Source of the DNA: an archaeon
GTDB lineage: Archaea; Micrarchaeota; Micrarchaeia; Anstonellales; Anstonellaceae
Assembly: GCA_020056635.1 (NCBI GenBank)
Contig: JAGVHI010000024.1
Span: forward strand, 2,317 to 66,316
Direction: 5' to 3'
DNA: 64,000 nt
The translations under genes were made by a program, and so were the position numbers. The first letter of the stretch is position 1. Every line of letters begins with the position of its first letter. Shown here piece after piece: positions 1 to 9,977 of the stretch. The notes below the pieces were generated by a model. It searched no databases, was not told the DNA's origin, and was given only the letters and a program-made list of their open reading frames with translations.

Positions 1-125
1 GCACTATGCTGCACAGAGGCATGGGGATGGGAAGTACAAGCCCAGGGCCGTCCTTTTCGAGCCCAGAGGGTAGCAATTATAAAGATTGGCGGAGCCTAGT
101 TACTCTCTAATTACTAGGGATATTT

Positions 126-683
126 ATGAGCAAGAAAGACGTTATTCCAGGCTCCGCAGTCGGCACCGAGGAGGAGTACGTGTCCGGAAGCGGAACGTAC
201 GTGGAGGATGCGAACATATACTCCACTGTTTCGGGAATGCTGCACGAGGACCAGAGGACGCTTTCGGTGAACCAGCGCGTGCTGCTCCAGCCCATACATG
301 CGGGCGTGACAGTGCTTGGCAGGGTTGAAAATATAGTCGAGCCGATTGCGCTTGTGAGCATAATGGCGCTCCCGACCGATAAAGTAAGATATACGGAGAT
401 GCCGGATTATTGCGTGCTGCACGCATCAAGGGTGAAGGAAGGGTTCGTGAAGAACATACGCGGCGAGTTTAGGATTGGGGACATCATAAAGGCGAAAGTG
501 ATTGGCATCAAGAGCGGTGAGATCAGCCTTTCAACAGAGGGGCCGGAGCTCGGGGTTGTGAAGGGGTTCTGCGCAAAGTGCCGCAGCGTGCTCGAGCTTG
601 CTGGCGGAACGCTTAAATGCAATGCATGCGGGAACAGCGAGAACAGGAAAGTGTCGCGCGATTATCGGAAATTGGAGTTATAA
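126..683 (+). CDS. csl4: Exosome complex RNA-binding subunit Csl4
   Basis: ATG ORF of 185 aa. S1-like core plus C-terminal 4-Cys zinc ribbon (CAKC...CNAC). Lies directly upstream of rpoL, as in many archaea. TATA-like ATTATAAAGA at ~76-85. Confidence 0.75.
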   Translation: MSKKDVIPGSAVGTEEEYVSGSGTYVEDANIYSTVSGMLHEDQRTLSVNQRVLLQPIHAGVTVLGRVENIVEPIALVSIMALPTDKVRYTEMPDYCVLHASRVKEGFVKNIRGEFRIGDIIKAKVIGIKSGEISLSTEGPELGVVKGFCAKCRSVLELAGGTLKCNACGNSENRKVSRDYRKLEL

Positions 684-695
684 GGGGGGAGAGCA

Positions 696-983
696 ATGAA
701 AGTCGAAATCAAGTCCGAAGGGAGCAATTATGTCGAGATTACCATGAGGGGCGAGGATATCAGCCTGCCTAATGCGATTAGGGAAATCCTGCTAAACGAG
801 CCGGGAATAGAGTTCGTATCGTGCACGCAGGACCACCCGCAAATCGGCGCGCCAAAGCTCGTAGTGAGGACCAAGGGAAAGCCCGCGCTCGGGATGGTAA
901 AGGACGCGGTAAAAAAACTCAAGAAAGAAGTGGCTGAATTCAAGTCCGAGCTTAAGGAGCACAAGGCGAAGAAAAAGGGTTGA
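696..983 (+). CDS. rpoL: DNA-directed RNA polymerase subunit L (Rpo11)
   Basis: 95 aa. The pattern GEDISLPNAIREILLNEPGIEFVSC..HP....PKLVVRTKG matches the archaeal RpoL signature (GEDHTLGN...V.FA.Y...HP). Confidence 0.8.
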   Translation: MKVEIKSEGSNYVEITMRGEDISLPNAIREILLNEPGIEFVSCTQDHPQIGAPKLVVRTKGKPALGMVKDAVKKLKKEVAEFKSELKEHKAKKKG

Positions 984-994
984 GGGGCGGCGTG

Positions 995-2212
995 ATGGCC
1001 AGTTTTTTGAGGGAGGTCAGCACGGCCGGAGGCAAACGCGTGAAAGAGGCTTCTTTGAAAAAGATTGCCGGGTTTGCTGTTCCGCCCCAGGTGTGGCTCG
1101 CTGCCGAAATCCTGTTTTTGCTTTTCATCGCATGGCAGCTTTGGGACTTTGAGCTGTTCCTGCTTGTGATGGTCCCGGGCAAGCTTATCTTGGCGCTTAT
1201 TTTATTGCTTCGGGGCGTGGAGCATTTTGTGAAGGAGGGGAAAGCCGAACCGGGCCCGCAGCTTAAGAGAATTCTGGAGGTGCTCTCAAGCAGCAAGCTG
1301 CTCTATGCGATTTTGGTTCTGGCGTTTGCAGGCTATCTTCTGAGCAAGAGCGTGGTGTTTGGGTACCTGGTTGCGCTTGCAATCCTGCTCCTAGTGGCAG
1401 AAGAGATTGTGAGGGGGGTTGCGGAAGGAGGGCTGAAATCCGAATTGCGCGAAACGAGAATTGCGATTTATTTTGCGCTCGGGCTTTGGTTCGGAGCCGG
1501 CTTTTTGCTGCAGACAACTTCCCCGATAAACGCGATTGTTTCATGCTCAATGCTTCCAGCCATGGAAAGGGGGGATTTGGTGCTGCTGCATGGAGGGGAG
1601 GTGAACGCGCCTGCTGTGCTGATGTCGGATGCCGAGGCTATGATGATTGGCAAGAACGCAACAGTGCAGTTCGGGAACCGGAGCATTGAGGTAAAGGGCT
1701 CGATGTATGCGCATTGCGTATTGAACAGGAATGACAGGACGTGCGCTGAGTTCATTGCAACCCCGGAAGGGTTTGTTGAGAAAAACGGGCCGCTTGAGTT
1801 CAGGTATTCGAAATGCGAGAGGTATTTTCCAGGAAGCGGCGCAAGCAATTACGGGCCTTGCGTGACTTCCATTTATTACAATGGGGAGAAAGTGACAAGC
1901 GGGAAGGTGGGCGATACTGTGGTGTATGCACCCAAGAGCGGGGATTTGTTTGCAAGGAGCGGGGATATCATACACAGGGTGTTTTTGGAAATCGAGACCC
2001 CGAAAACGAAGTATTATGTGATTAAGGGGGACAACAACCCTGTTGCGGATTTGCAGGTTTACGATTCAAGGTTTGGCGGGAACTCAATTGCCGAGGGGAA
2101 ACAGCTCAAAGGGAGGGTGCTGTTTAGGATACCAATGCTTGGCTACTTCAAATTGTTCCTCTCCGGGTTTGTCGAAGAGGGTGAAAGCTGCAATTCCTAC
2201 CTCAAATATTAA
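995..2212 (+). CDS. Archaeal-type signal peptidase I (Sec11/S26B-like) with long N-terminal multi-TM extension
   Basis: Catalytic-box-like motifs SCSMLPAMERGDLVLL, GDIIHRV and IKGDNNPVAD. About 170 aa of hydrophobic helices precede the domain. First in-frame ATG is at 995; the ORF track starts at TTG 980. Confidence 0.6.
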   Translation: MASFLREVSTAGGKRVKEASLKKIAGFAVPPQVWLAAEILFLLFIAWQLWDFELFLLVMVPGKLILALILLLRGVEHFVKEGKAEPGPQLKRILEVLSSSKLLYAILVLAFAGYLLSKSVVFGYLVALAILLLVAEEIVRGVAEGGLKSELRETRIAIYFALGLWFGAGFLLQTTSPINAIVSCSMLPAMERGDLVLLHGGEVNAPAVLMSDAEAMMIGKNATVQFGNRSIEVKGSMYAHCVLNRNDRTCAEFIATPEGFVEKNGPLEFRYSKCERYFPGSGASNYGPCVTSIYYNGEKVTSGKVGDTVVYAPKSGDLFARSGDIIHRVFLEIETPKTKYYVIKGDNNPVADLQVYDSRFGGNSIAEGKQLKGRVLFRIPMLGYFKLFLSGFVEEGESCNSYLKY

Positions 2213-2295
2213 AAGCTTCATCCGAGAAGGCTGTCCAAGCTGGGAGGCTTGAACAGACCGCAACGTAGTTGCGGGATGAGTGGGGGGTTGTTGGT

Positions 2296-3045
2296 ATGAC
2301 GTTCAAATTCGCGGTAGATGATGCGAAGTCCTGGAAGAGTTCAATTGATGCGATTGTCAATCTTATCGATGAGGGGAACCTCGAGGTGGGAAAGGACGGG
2401 ATTACGCTGCGCGCCATGGACCCTTCGCAGATTGCGATGATTTCGTTTTCAATGCCAAAGGGCGCATTCATCGAGTATTCTGTCGCTGCGACAGCAAGGC
2501 TGGGGCTGAATTTTGACAGTTTGAGCAAAATTCTTGGAAGGACGAGGGGGAGCGAGACGCTCGAGGTGTCTGGCGAGGAGAACAAACTCGTGCTCAGGTT
2601 CGCATCAGGGAAAAGGAAGAGGAGCTTCAAGGTCCCGCTTCTTGATTTGCCCGCGGGAGCGCAAAAGGAGCCCAGCATACAGCATGATGCGACCGTGAAA
2701 ATCAACGGAGGCCAGTTCAAGGAAACGCTGCGGGATGCGGCGCTTGTGAGCTCGCATGTGTCGCTTGAGGCTGGGACTGAAGGGTTCATTGTAGAGGTGC
2801 ACGGGGATTCGGGGGATTTGAAGGTCGAGAGCGAGAAGGAGAGCGAGGAGATTGTGGAGATTAAGGCAAGCGGAAGCTCGAAAGCAACCTTCCCGTTGCA
2901 GTACCTTGAGGACATTGTGAAGGCGTGCCCGGATTCGTCCGTGCTCTCAATCCACCTGAAATCCAATGCCCCGGTGAAAATAGAGTACGAGGTCGGGAGC
3001 AGCAAGCTAAGCTACTATCTTGCGCCCAGGATTGACAGCGATTAA
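2296..3045 (+). CDS. pcn: DNA polymerase sliding clamp PCNA
   Basis: MTFKFAVDDAKSWKSSIDAIVNLIDEGNLEV..DGITLRAMDPSQIAM is a typical archaeal PCNA N-terminus. About 249 aa from the internal ATG. Confidence 0.9.
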   Translation: MTFKFAVDDAKSWKSSIDAIVNLIDEGNLEVGKDGITLRAMDPSQIAMISFSMPKGAFIEYSVAATARLGLNFDSLSKILGRTRGSETLEVSGEENKLVLRFASGKRKRSFKVPLLDLPAGAQKEPSIQHDATVKINGGQFKETLRDAALVSSHVSLEAGTEGFIVEVHGDSGDLKVESEKESEEIVEIKASGSSKATFPLQYLEDIVKACPDSSVLSIHLKSNAPVKIEYEVGSSKLSYYLAPRIDSD

Positions 3046-3055
3046 GCAAAGGGAG

Positions 3056-3793
3056 TTACTTCTTTTTTATTTCAATCGGGCTTGCGGGGAGCTCGAAATC
3101 CGAATCCGTGACCTGGTAGCTGTAGCTTGTGGCGAGGAGTTCGCGGTAAACAGGCTCATCGTCTTCTGCCATGCTGATTTTGTAATAGAGGGGTATTGCA
3201 TCGCGCGAGTAGCACGTGCGCGATTGCATATCTGTGATGCGGGAATTGGGGTTTGAATAAAGAAGGTAATAGAGCTCTTCGAGGTTTTCTTGCTTGAAGC
3301 AGGTGGCATTTGCGCCTGCAACCTGGAGAGCGCCATCAGGAACCGGAGTGTAGCGCTCTGAGATTGGCCCGATTTTTGCAAGAAGCTCTGAAATTATTTC
3401 GGTAAAGCCAGTCTGAGTCCCTGCGCACGTCCAGTTGCCAAGCTGCTTCATGCAGAAATAAATCCCGTTCCCAAGGTCATATGCACGGAATTCGACACCC
3501 TGCGCGAGCATCGAATCGTCGGAAACGTCAATTCGCATGAAGCGCGAGCCCCCGTATAATTGCTCATAAACCGTGTAATAGGAAGTTTCATTTGGGCGGG
3601 CGGATGAGGTTGCCCCATAAATCACTTTCCAGGCGTGCGATTCGTTCGCCTTGGCTTGGAGTTCCTGGTATGTGGGGGGCGTTTCCTGCACAGGGGGAGC
3701 TGGAGCGGGGTTCTGCTGTGTACAACCGGAAAGCTGGAGCAAAAGTGCAAGCATGAGAAGGAGGAACGCTGCGCCCAGGATCGGCTTTTGCAT
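3056..3793 (-). CDS. Putative secreted lipoprotein (unknown function)
   Basis: The internal ATG at 3793 gives MQKPILGAAFLLLMLALLLQLSGC, a signal peptide plus lipobox-like LSGC, followed by a Pro-rich linker. The longer 343-aa ORF overlaps ribA on the other strand. Confidence 0.5.
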   Translation of the reverse strand: MQKPILGAAFLLLMLALLLQLSGCTQQNPAPAPPVQETPPTYQELQAKANESHAWKVIYGATSSARPNETSYYTVYEQLYGGSRFMRIDVSDDSMLAQGVEFRAYDLGNGIYFCMKQLGNWTCAGTQTGFTEIISELLAKIGPISERYTPVPDGALQVAGANATCFKQENLEELYYLLYSNPNSRITDMQSRTCYSRDAIPLYYKISMAEDDEPVYRELLATSYSYQVTDSDFELPASPIEIKKK

Positions 3794-3845
3794 ACCTGGA
3801 AATGTCGCGTGCAGGTTTAAATTAGTTGTTTTGCAAGCGAATCTC

Positions 3846-4502
3846 ATGAAAAAAAGCGCAGGGCATATTCCGGGAACAAATGTGTTCCGCTGCAAGCATA
3901 CCGGAAAAAAGCATGTGGAGCTTGCGGCAGATGCAAGCCTGCCAACCAGGTTCGGAAATTTCAGGATATATGCATTCTGCAGCACGTATGACCATAAGGA
4001 GCACGTGGCGCTTGTGAAAGGGGATGTAAGAGGGAAATCAGGAGTGCCTGTGCGGGTGCACTCAGAATGCTTTACCGGGGATATCATGGCATCAAAACGG
4101 TGCGATTGCAGGGAGCAGCTTGAGAAAAGCCTGCACTATCTGGCAAAACAGAAATGCGGAGTGCTCGTTTATCTGCGCCAGGAGGGAAGGGGAATCGGGC
4201 TTATCAATAAGGTGAGGGCGTACAAGTTGCAGGAGCAGGGAGTGGACACGTATGAGGCGAACGAATTGCTCGGGTTCCCGTATGATGCGAGAGATTATAC
4301 TGTCGCAGCAAAAATTCTGGGGCTGCTAGGGGTTAAATCAATCAGGATACTCACCAACAATCCGCACAAGATTGAGGGTTTGAAAAGGCACGGAGTGAAA
4401 ATTGCAGGCAGGGTTGAGATAGAGACTAAGCCCAACAAGTACAATTCGAAATATTTAAGTGCGAAGCAGAGGAAAGGGAAGCACATGCTGCACGTGGCTT
4501 AG
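3846..4502 (+). CDS. ribA: GTP cyclohydrolase II
   Basis: VRVHSECFTGD...CDCREQL...YLRQEGRGIGL.NK..AY.LQ..G.DT..AN is the classic RibA zinc/active-site region. ATG at 3846. Confidence 0.85.
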   Translation: MKKSAGHIPGTNVFRCKHTGKKHVELAADASLPTRFGNFRIYAFCSTYDHKEHVALVKGDVRGKSGVPVRVHSECFTGDIMASKRCDCREQLEKSLHYLAKQKCGVLVYLRQEGRGIGLINKVRAYKLQEQGVDTYEANELLGFPYDARDYTVAAKILGLLGVKSIRILTNNPHKIEGLKRHGVKIAGRVEIETKPNKYNSKYLSAKQRKGKHMLHVA

Positions 4503-5587
4503 CACCGTGCGCATGCTTCAATCACAGCATCTGGACCTAATTTCCTCAGCGTTGTGCGCTTGAAAAACTTTCTTGCGCTAGGAGCGGCGAAAGGAGAATC
4601 AATTGCACCATTTTCTGGCAGCTTATTAGGTGAGATTGCGAGGATTATTTTGTCAGCTGCTTTTTCTCTTAGCGCGGAGGAGACGGTTTTTGCGCCCCCT
4701 TCAATCAGAACGGAGGTTATTCCGAATGTAGGGAGTTGTTGGAGTAGGGATTTGAATGAAACCGTTTCCCTTCCGCAAACGAGAATATGAACCCCGAGGG
4801 ATTTGAGCATTTGTTCTTTTTTTCTATTCCGCTTTCCGCTTGTGGCGATTATCACTGTTTCTTTTTTTGCGCGTGCGAGAACTTTTGCATTCAGCGGGAG
4901 TTTGAAAGTCTCATCGAGTATGATACGGACAGGATTCCTGCCCCCGCTCATGCGGCAGGTAAGGCGTGGATTATCCGAAATAACTGTATTTATGCCGACC
5001 AGTATTGAGTCGTAGCGGTTGCGCAGGCGCTGAACATAGGAATCGAATTGCTTTCCGCTAATCCGCACGTTGCGCTTTCCCTTAATGCCGATTTTACCAT
5101 TCCTGCTCTGCGCTAGTTTTATCGCAACAAATGGCTTTCCTGTGCGCATGAAATGGAAGAAAAATTCGTTTTGAAGTTCAGCCTCCTTTGAAAGCAACCC
5201 GCATTCCACTGCCAAACCTGCTTTTTTCAGTTGCGAAATGCCATCCACCTTAGGGTTTGCATCCTTCGCTGCAATGATGACGCGTTTTATTCCGGATTTT
5301 ATTATGAGGGGAACGCAGGGGGGCGTTTTCTTCCCTTTTCCAAAGTGGGAGCATGGTTCGAGAGTGACGTAGAGTGTTGAGCCTGCGGCAGCCTTGCCTG
5401 CTTTGCGGATTGTATTCACTTCAGCGTGCGGGGAGCCAAACCCCTCGTGATACCCTTCTCCAATAATTCGCCCGTTTTTTACAAGCACTGCACCTACTAG
5501 GGGGTTTGGGGAAACATGCCCTTCGCCGTTCTGAGCGAGAGAAAGAGCTCGGCGCATGAATTTGGTATCATTGTTGCTCCAGCCCAT
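4499..5587 (-). CDS. ribD: Bifunctional riboflavin biosynthesis deaminase/reductase RibD
   Basis: CMP/dCMP deaminase zinc motifs HAEV and PCSHFGKGKKTPPC, plus a C-terminal RibD_C-like reductase half. 362 aa. Confidence 0.85.
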   Translation of the reverse strand: MGWSNNDTKFMRRALSLAQNGEGHVSPNPLVGAVLVKNGRIIGEGYHEGFGSPHAEVNTIRKAGKAAAGSTLYVTLEPCSHFGKGKKTPPCVPLIIKSGIKRVIIAAKDANPKVDGISQLKKAGLAVECGLLSKEAELQNEFFFHFMRTGKPFVAIKLAQSRNGKIGIKGKRNVRISGKQFDSYVQRLRNRYDSILVGINTVISDNPRLTCRMSGGRNPVRIILDETFKLPLNAKVLARAKKETVIIATSGKRNRKKEQMLKSLGVHILVCGRETVSFKSLLQQLPTFGITSVLIEGGAKTVSSALREKAADKIILAISPNKLPENGAIDSPFAAPSARKFFKRTTLRKLGPDAVIEACARC

Positions 5588-5826
5588 GGGAAATTCTTTG
5601 CATTGGGGTATTAAATTGCCAGCCCCCGGCCTATTTTTTCATTACATTTTCATCTCTTTGATGCGACAAAAAATAAGGGGTTATTAGGCGTATTTTCAGC
5701 AAAAGAAAGCGCAGAATGCTTTATTTGAGGAAAAAAAGTGCGCGAGGGCTTATTTTAGCTGCAATGCCCTTTATTTTTGGGTTGAATTTTGCGGTTTTTT
5801 GGCCATACGAGTGAGAAAAGTAGGGG

Positions 5827-5834
5827 TTTAAAAA
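5827..5834 (+). promoter_or_regulatory. TATA-like box upstream of nrdJ
   Basis: TTTAAAAA lies in the AT-rich ribD/nrdJ intergenic region, about 108 nt upstream of ATG 5942. Confidence 0.35.
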
Positions 5835-5866
5835 GGTGCACATGTTGTTATCACAGGCTCCCGCAA

Positions 5867-5882
5867 CCACAATATATTGTGG
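5867..5882. promoter_or_regulatory. Perfect 16-bp palindrome resembling an NrdR box
   Basis: CCACAATATATTGTGG is its own reverse complement. It matches 14/16 positions of the published NrdR-box consensus acaCwAtATaTwGtgt and sits between the TATA-like box and the nrdJ start. Confidence 0.5.
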
Positions 5883-5941
5883 AAAAATGGCAGGCTTATA
5901 TTGCGGGAACGACATAATCATAGTGCAGATTGGGTGGTGGC

Positions 5942-8900
5942 ATGAAAGAAGGGCAGGGCAGGGGGGGGAGGCCGGAAAGCCAGGGGCTTTACGGGACTAT
6001 TGCGAAGCAATCAGGACTAAAATCCGTGCAGATAAGGCCGAAAAAGGGGCAGGGGCTTTCCATTCCAAGGAGATTTACCAAAGCGGGAGAGGACCCGTAT
6101 TCGCAGTTCAAGTGGGAGCAGAGAAGCTCGGTGATTCGGAACCCGGATGGGTCCACTGTTTTTGAGATGAATGACATCGAGGTGCCCAGTTTTTGGAGCC
6201 AGGTTGCAACGGACATACTTGCGCAGAAGTATTTCAGGAAAGCAGGGGTGCCGCAGGCTGATTCTTCTGGAAAGCCCGTATTGGGCTCGGATGAGAAGCC
6301 CGTGCTGGGGGCTGAGAGGACGCTTCGGCAGGTAGTGGACAGGCTATCTGGATGCTGGAGGGAATGGGGGGAGAAGAACGGCTATTTCAAGTCCAAGGAG
6401 GATGCGCAAGCGTATGAGGATGAAATGAAGTACATGCTTGCTGCGCAGATGGCTGCCCCAAACAGCCCGCAATGGTTCAATACAGGATTGGCTTGGGCGT
6501 ATGGGATTAGGGGGCACCCGCAAGGGCATTATTATGTTGACCCGGAAACCGAGGAGCTGAGAGCATCTGAGGATGCATATACCAGGCCCACCCCACATGC
6601 GTGCTTCATACAGTCGATTCGGGACGATTTGGTGAATGAGGGGGGGATATTTGATTTGGTGACGCGGGAGGCCAGGATATTCAAGTACGGGAGCGGCACC
6701 GGGACCAATTTCAGCGTGCTTCGGGGGGGCGGGGAAAGGCTCTCCGGAGGGGGCAAATCCTCGGGCATGATGTCGTTTTTGAAAATCAATGACAGGGCGG
6801 CAGGGGCCGTGAAATCAGGCGGGACTACACGGCGGGCTGCAAAAATGGTGATTGTGGATTTGGACCACCCGGATGTGGAACAGTTCATAGAGTGGAAAGT
6901 GCAGGAGGAGCAGAAAGTCGCTGCGATGGTGTGCGGAAGCAGGATACTCAATAGGGAATTGAACAATGTGATGAAAGTCGCGCTTGAGCAGAAGAGCTCG
7001 GATTACAAGCGGAACGTCGCGCTCATGAATGCGGTGAATTCCGCGGCTGAGAAAAGCGTGCCCATGAGCTACATTTTGCGCGCGCTTGCGCTGGTGGAGC
7101 AGGGGCATTCGAGCATGGAATTGCCCGAGTACACTACGCATTACGAGGGGGAAGCGTATCAGACAGTGTCAGGGCAGAATAGCAACAATTCGCTTAGGGT
7201 GCCAAACAGCTTTGTGAAAGCGCTAAAGGAGGACGGGCCCTGGTCGTTCCATTTCAGGACTACTGGAGAGGTTTCAAAAACCGTGCGTGCAAGGGAGCTT
7301 TGGGACAGGATTGCGTATTGCGCATGGGCGTGCGCTGACCCTGGAATACAGTTCGATGATACGATAAACGAGTGGAATACGTGCCCGAATGACGGTAGGA
7401 TAAATGCCACCAATCCGTGCTCTGAGTATGTATTCCTGGATGATACGGCGTGCAACCTTGCAAGCGTGAACCTCGGGAAGTTTTTGGATGAGAGGAGCGG
7501 GCAGTTCGATATCGAGGGGTTCAAGCACGCGTGCCGGCTCTGGACGATTACACTTGAGATTTCAGTGCTTATGGCGCAGTTTCCAAGCAAGGAGATTGCG
7601 CTTAGGTCTTATGAGTACAGAACACTGGGGCTGGGGTATGCAAACCTTGGGACAGTGCTTATGGTATTGGGAATCCCTTATGATTCTGATAAGGGGAGGG
7701 CGATTGCAGGCGCGCTTACCTCAATCATGTGCGGGGAGTCATATGCAACGAGCGCGGAGATGGCAGGCGTGCTTGGCGCGTTCCCTGGCTATGAGAGGAA
7801 CAAGGAGCACATGCTTAAGGTGATGAAGAACCATAGGCTTGCATCGTATAATGCAGAGAGCAGCGCATATGAGAAGCTCACAGTCACTCCGGTCGGGATA
7901 AATCCGCAATCGTGCCCGCCTGAATTGCTTTCTGTGGCAAGGGAGTGCTGGGACAGGGCGCTTGCAAACGGGGAGAAAAACGGGTATAGGAATGCGCAGG
8001 TGACCGTGATTGCGCCCACTGGAACAATAGGCTTGGTGATGGATTGCGATACTACAGGGGTTGAGCCTGATTTCGCGATTGTGAAATTCAAGAAATTGGC
8101 AGGGGGCGGGTATTTCAAAATCGTGAACCAGAGCGTGAGAAAAGCAATGGTCAGGCTTGGGTACGCTTCGCAGCAAATTGATGAGATGGAGAATTATTGC
8201 AGGGGGCATGGGACATTGGTAGGATGCCCGTATGTGAACCCTGAATCGCTTTCCTCAAAAGGGTTCACGAAAGAGGCCATTGCCGCGATTGAATCCCAGC
8301 TGCCGAACTCGTTTGACTTGAGGTTCTCGTTCAACAGGTACACGCTTGGCGAGGCGCTGTGCTCAAAGCTCGGGTTCACCCCCCAGCAGCTTGCGGACCA
8401 GAAGTTCAATGTGCTTCGCGCGCTCGGGTTCACAAAGGAGCAGATAAAGGAAGCGAATGAATACGTGTGCGGGACCATGACAATTGAGGGGGCGCCGCAC
8501 CTGCGTGTTGAGCACTATCCGATCTTCGATTGCGCGAACCGGTGCGGCAAGATTGGGGTGAGGTGCATAAATTACATGGCGCACGTGCGCATGATGGCCG
8601 CGGTGCAGCCGTTCATTTCCGGCGCGATTTCCAAAACCATAAACATGCCAAATGAGGCCGGGATTGAGGATGTGAAGAAAGCATACATGGAGAGCTGGAA
8701 TATGATGCTAAAGGCGCTTGCGCTCTACCGGGACGGGAGCAAGCTCTCGCAGCCCCTGAACACTTCTGTGGATGAGGAGGAAGAGGAGGAGAAGCCGAAA
8801 GCAGGGGTTACGCTTACGCTCACAGGGCAGCCTGCTTCCGTGCCTGCCGCGCCGGTTGCAGCCTATGCGTACAACAAAAAGCCGCTCCCGAAAAAAAGGA

Positions 8901-9541
8901 GGGGCTTTGTGCAGGAGGCGCGCGTTGGAGGGCACAAGGTGTACCTTAGGACCGGCGAATACCCAGATGGCGGGCTCGGGGAAATTTTCGTGGACATGTA
9001 CAAGGAAGGGGCTGGCTACCGTTCATTGCTCAACTGCTTTGCGATTGCTGTGAGCAAGGGGCTGCAGTACGGGGTGCCGCTTGAGGAGTATGTGGACACA
9101 TTCACTTTCACGCGGTTTGAGCCTTCCGGAATTGTGACCGGGCATGAGAACGTGAAGAACGCAACCTCGATTGTGGATTACGTGTTTAGGGTGCTTGGGT
9201 ACGAGTACTTGGGGAGGACTGATTTGGTGCACGTGCCTGGCGAGAACGGGAAGAATGGGAACGGGCACGGGCTGCAGGAAGCATCAGCGCATGAAGTGCA
9301 TGCGCATGCGGAAAAAGGGGCGCAGACCACGCTTGAGCCCGTGCGGCAGGCAGTATCGCACACTGCGCTTGCGGCTGCCGCAAGCGCGCTTGTGGGGGAG
9401 CTTGAGTCCAAAAGTTCGGAAGATGCGAAAATGCAGGGGTACACAGGAGAGCAGTGCTCGAACTGCGGGTCCATGAAAGTGAAAAGGAACGGTTCGTGCA
9501 CAGTTTGCACTGAATGCGGGGAAACGAGCGGGTGCTCGTGA
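5942..9541 (+). CDS. nrdJ: Class II (adenosylcobalamin-dependent) ribonucleotide reductase
   Basis: Motifs [25 protein letters not shown] and [21 protein letters not shown], with a C-terminal zinc ribbon CSNC...CTVCTEC. First ATG is at 5942; the ORF track starts at TTG 5930. Confidence 0.9.
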   Translation: MKEGQGRGGRPESQGLYGTIAKQSGLKSVQIRPKKGQGLSIPRRFTKAGEDPYSQFKWEQRSSVIRNPDGSTVFEMNDIEVPSFWSQVATDILAQKYFRKAGVPQADSSGKPVLGSDEKPVLGAERTLRQVVDRLSGCWREWGEKNGYFKSKEDAQAYEDEMKYMLAAQMAAPNSPQWFNTGLAWAYGIRGHPQGHYYVDPETEELRASEDAYTRPTPHACFIQSIRDDLVNEGGIFDLVTREARIFKYGSGTGTNFSVLRGGGERLSGGGKSSGMMSFLKINDRAAGAVKSGGTTRRAAKMVIVDLDHPDVEQFIEWKVQEEQKVAAMVCGSRILNRELNNVMKVALEQKSSDYKRNVALMNAVNSAAEKSVPMSYILRALALVEQGHSSMELPEYTTHYEGEAYQTVSGQNSNNSLRVPNSFVKALKEDGPWSFHFRTTGEVSKTVRARELWDRIAYCAWACADPGIQFDDTINEWNTCPNDGRINATNPCSEYVFLDDTACNLASVNLGKFLDERSGQFDIEGFKHACRLWTITLEISVLMAQFPSKEIALRSYEYRTLGLGYANLGTVLMVLGIPYDSDKGRAIAGALTSIMCGESYATSAEMAGVLGAFPGYERNKEHMLKVMKNHRLASYNAESSAYEKLTVTPVGINPQSCPPELLSVARECWDRALANGEKNGYRNAQVTVIAPTGTIGLVMDCDTTGVEPDFAIVKFKKLAGGGYFKIVNQSVRKAMVRLGYASQQIDEMENYCRGHGTLVGCPYVNPESLSSKGFTKEAIAAIESQLPNSFDLRFSFNRYTLGEALCSKLGFTPQQLADQKFNVLRALGFTKEQIKEANEYVCGTMTIEGAPHLRVEHYPIFDCANRCGKIGVRCINYMAHVRMMAAVQPFISGAISKTINMPNEAGIEDVKKAYMESWNMMLKALALYRDGSKLSQPLNTSVDEEEEEEKPKAGVTLTLTGQPASVPAAPVAAYAYNKKPLPKKRRGFVQEARVGGHKVYLRTGEYPDGGLGEIFVDMYKEGAGYRSLLNCFAIAVSKGLQYGVPLEEYVDTFTFTRFEPSGIVTGHENVKNATSIVDYVFRVLGYEYLGRTDLVHVPGENGKNGNGHGLQEASAHEVHAHAEKGAQTTLEPVRQAVSHTALAAAASALVGELESKSSEDAKMQGYTGEQCSNCGSMKVKRNGSCTVCTECGETSGCS

Positions 9542-9595
9542 AAAGCGCCATATGCTTTTATTTATTCCACTTCATTCTTTTCTTTGGTAATCCTG

Positions 9596-9931
9596 ATGAT
9601 GCGCGAGCAAAATTACGAGCTTTTTTTCGAAACCCTGTCCAACAGGCTTAGGATACAGATAATACTCGCGCTTGAGAAGTCCCCCATGACCGTGGGGGAG
9701 CTTTCTGGGAAATTAGGCGAGGAGCAGAGCAAGGTGTCGCACTCGCTTGAGGCGCTGCGCGCATGCAGGGTGGTGCAGGTCAAGGAGAGCGGCAGGAAAA
9801 GGGTGTATTCCCTGAACAAGCACACCATACTGCCTATTTTGAGGCTTATTGACTCGCATGTGTGCGAGAACTGCAGGGCTTGCGAGAAAATCGGATTGAA
9901 GAGCGCCAGGGCAAAAAGCAGGAGAGGGTGA
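9596..9931 (+). CDS. ArsR-family winged-helix transcriptional regulator
   Basis: LSNRLRIQIILALEKSPMTVGELSGKLGEEQSKVSHSLEAL fits the ArsR/SmtB HTH pattern. Lies upstream of an iron permease. Confidence 0.7.
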   Translation: MMREQNYELFFETLSNRLRIQIILALEKSPMTVGELSGKLGEEQSKVSHSLEALRACRVVQVKESGRKRVYSLNKHTILPILRLIDSHVCENCRACEKIGLKSARAKSRRG

Positions 9932-9977
9932 GCTTGCTGGGGGATGATTACGCATTGCTTGGGCTTTATAAGATTAT

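Noticed and set aside
1-96. Possible 3' end of a CDS entering from the left edge. Frame 2 ends at TAG 71-73 and frame 1 ends at TAG 94-96.
   Set aside because: Only ~23-31 codons are visible and two frames are open. No motif allows a choice between them, so no feature is reported.
5891-5906. Second NrdR box (CAGGCTTATATTGCGG).
   Set aside because: Only the right half matches the palindrome. The 24-bp centre-to-centre spacing does not fit the helical phasing of bacterial tandem boxes. It is mentioned in the finding but not annotated as a feature.
5588-5929. FMN riboswitch upstream of ribD, or cobalamin riboswitch upstream of nrdJ, in the 342-bp intergenic region.
   Set aside because: I could not find the conserved RFN core or a B12-box-like sequence on either strand. 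Riboswitches of these classes are not expected in archaea. A covariance-model scan would be needed to exclude them formally.
5942-9541. Intein in the 1199-aa ribonucleotide reductase.
   Set aside because: No intein block motifs (N-terminal Cys/Ser splice junction with a downstream TxxH block, or a C-terminal HN-C/S/T junction) were seen. The extra length is explained by an acidic/Pro-rich linker (EEEEEEKPK...) and a C-terminal zinc-ribbon extension known from long NrdJ forms.
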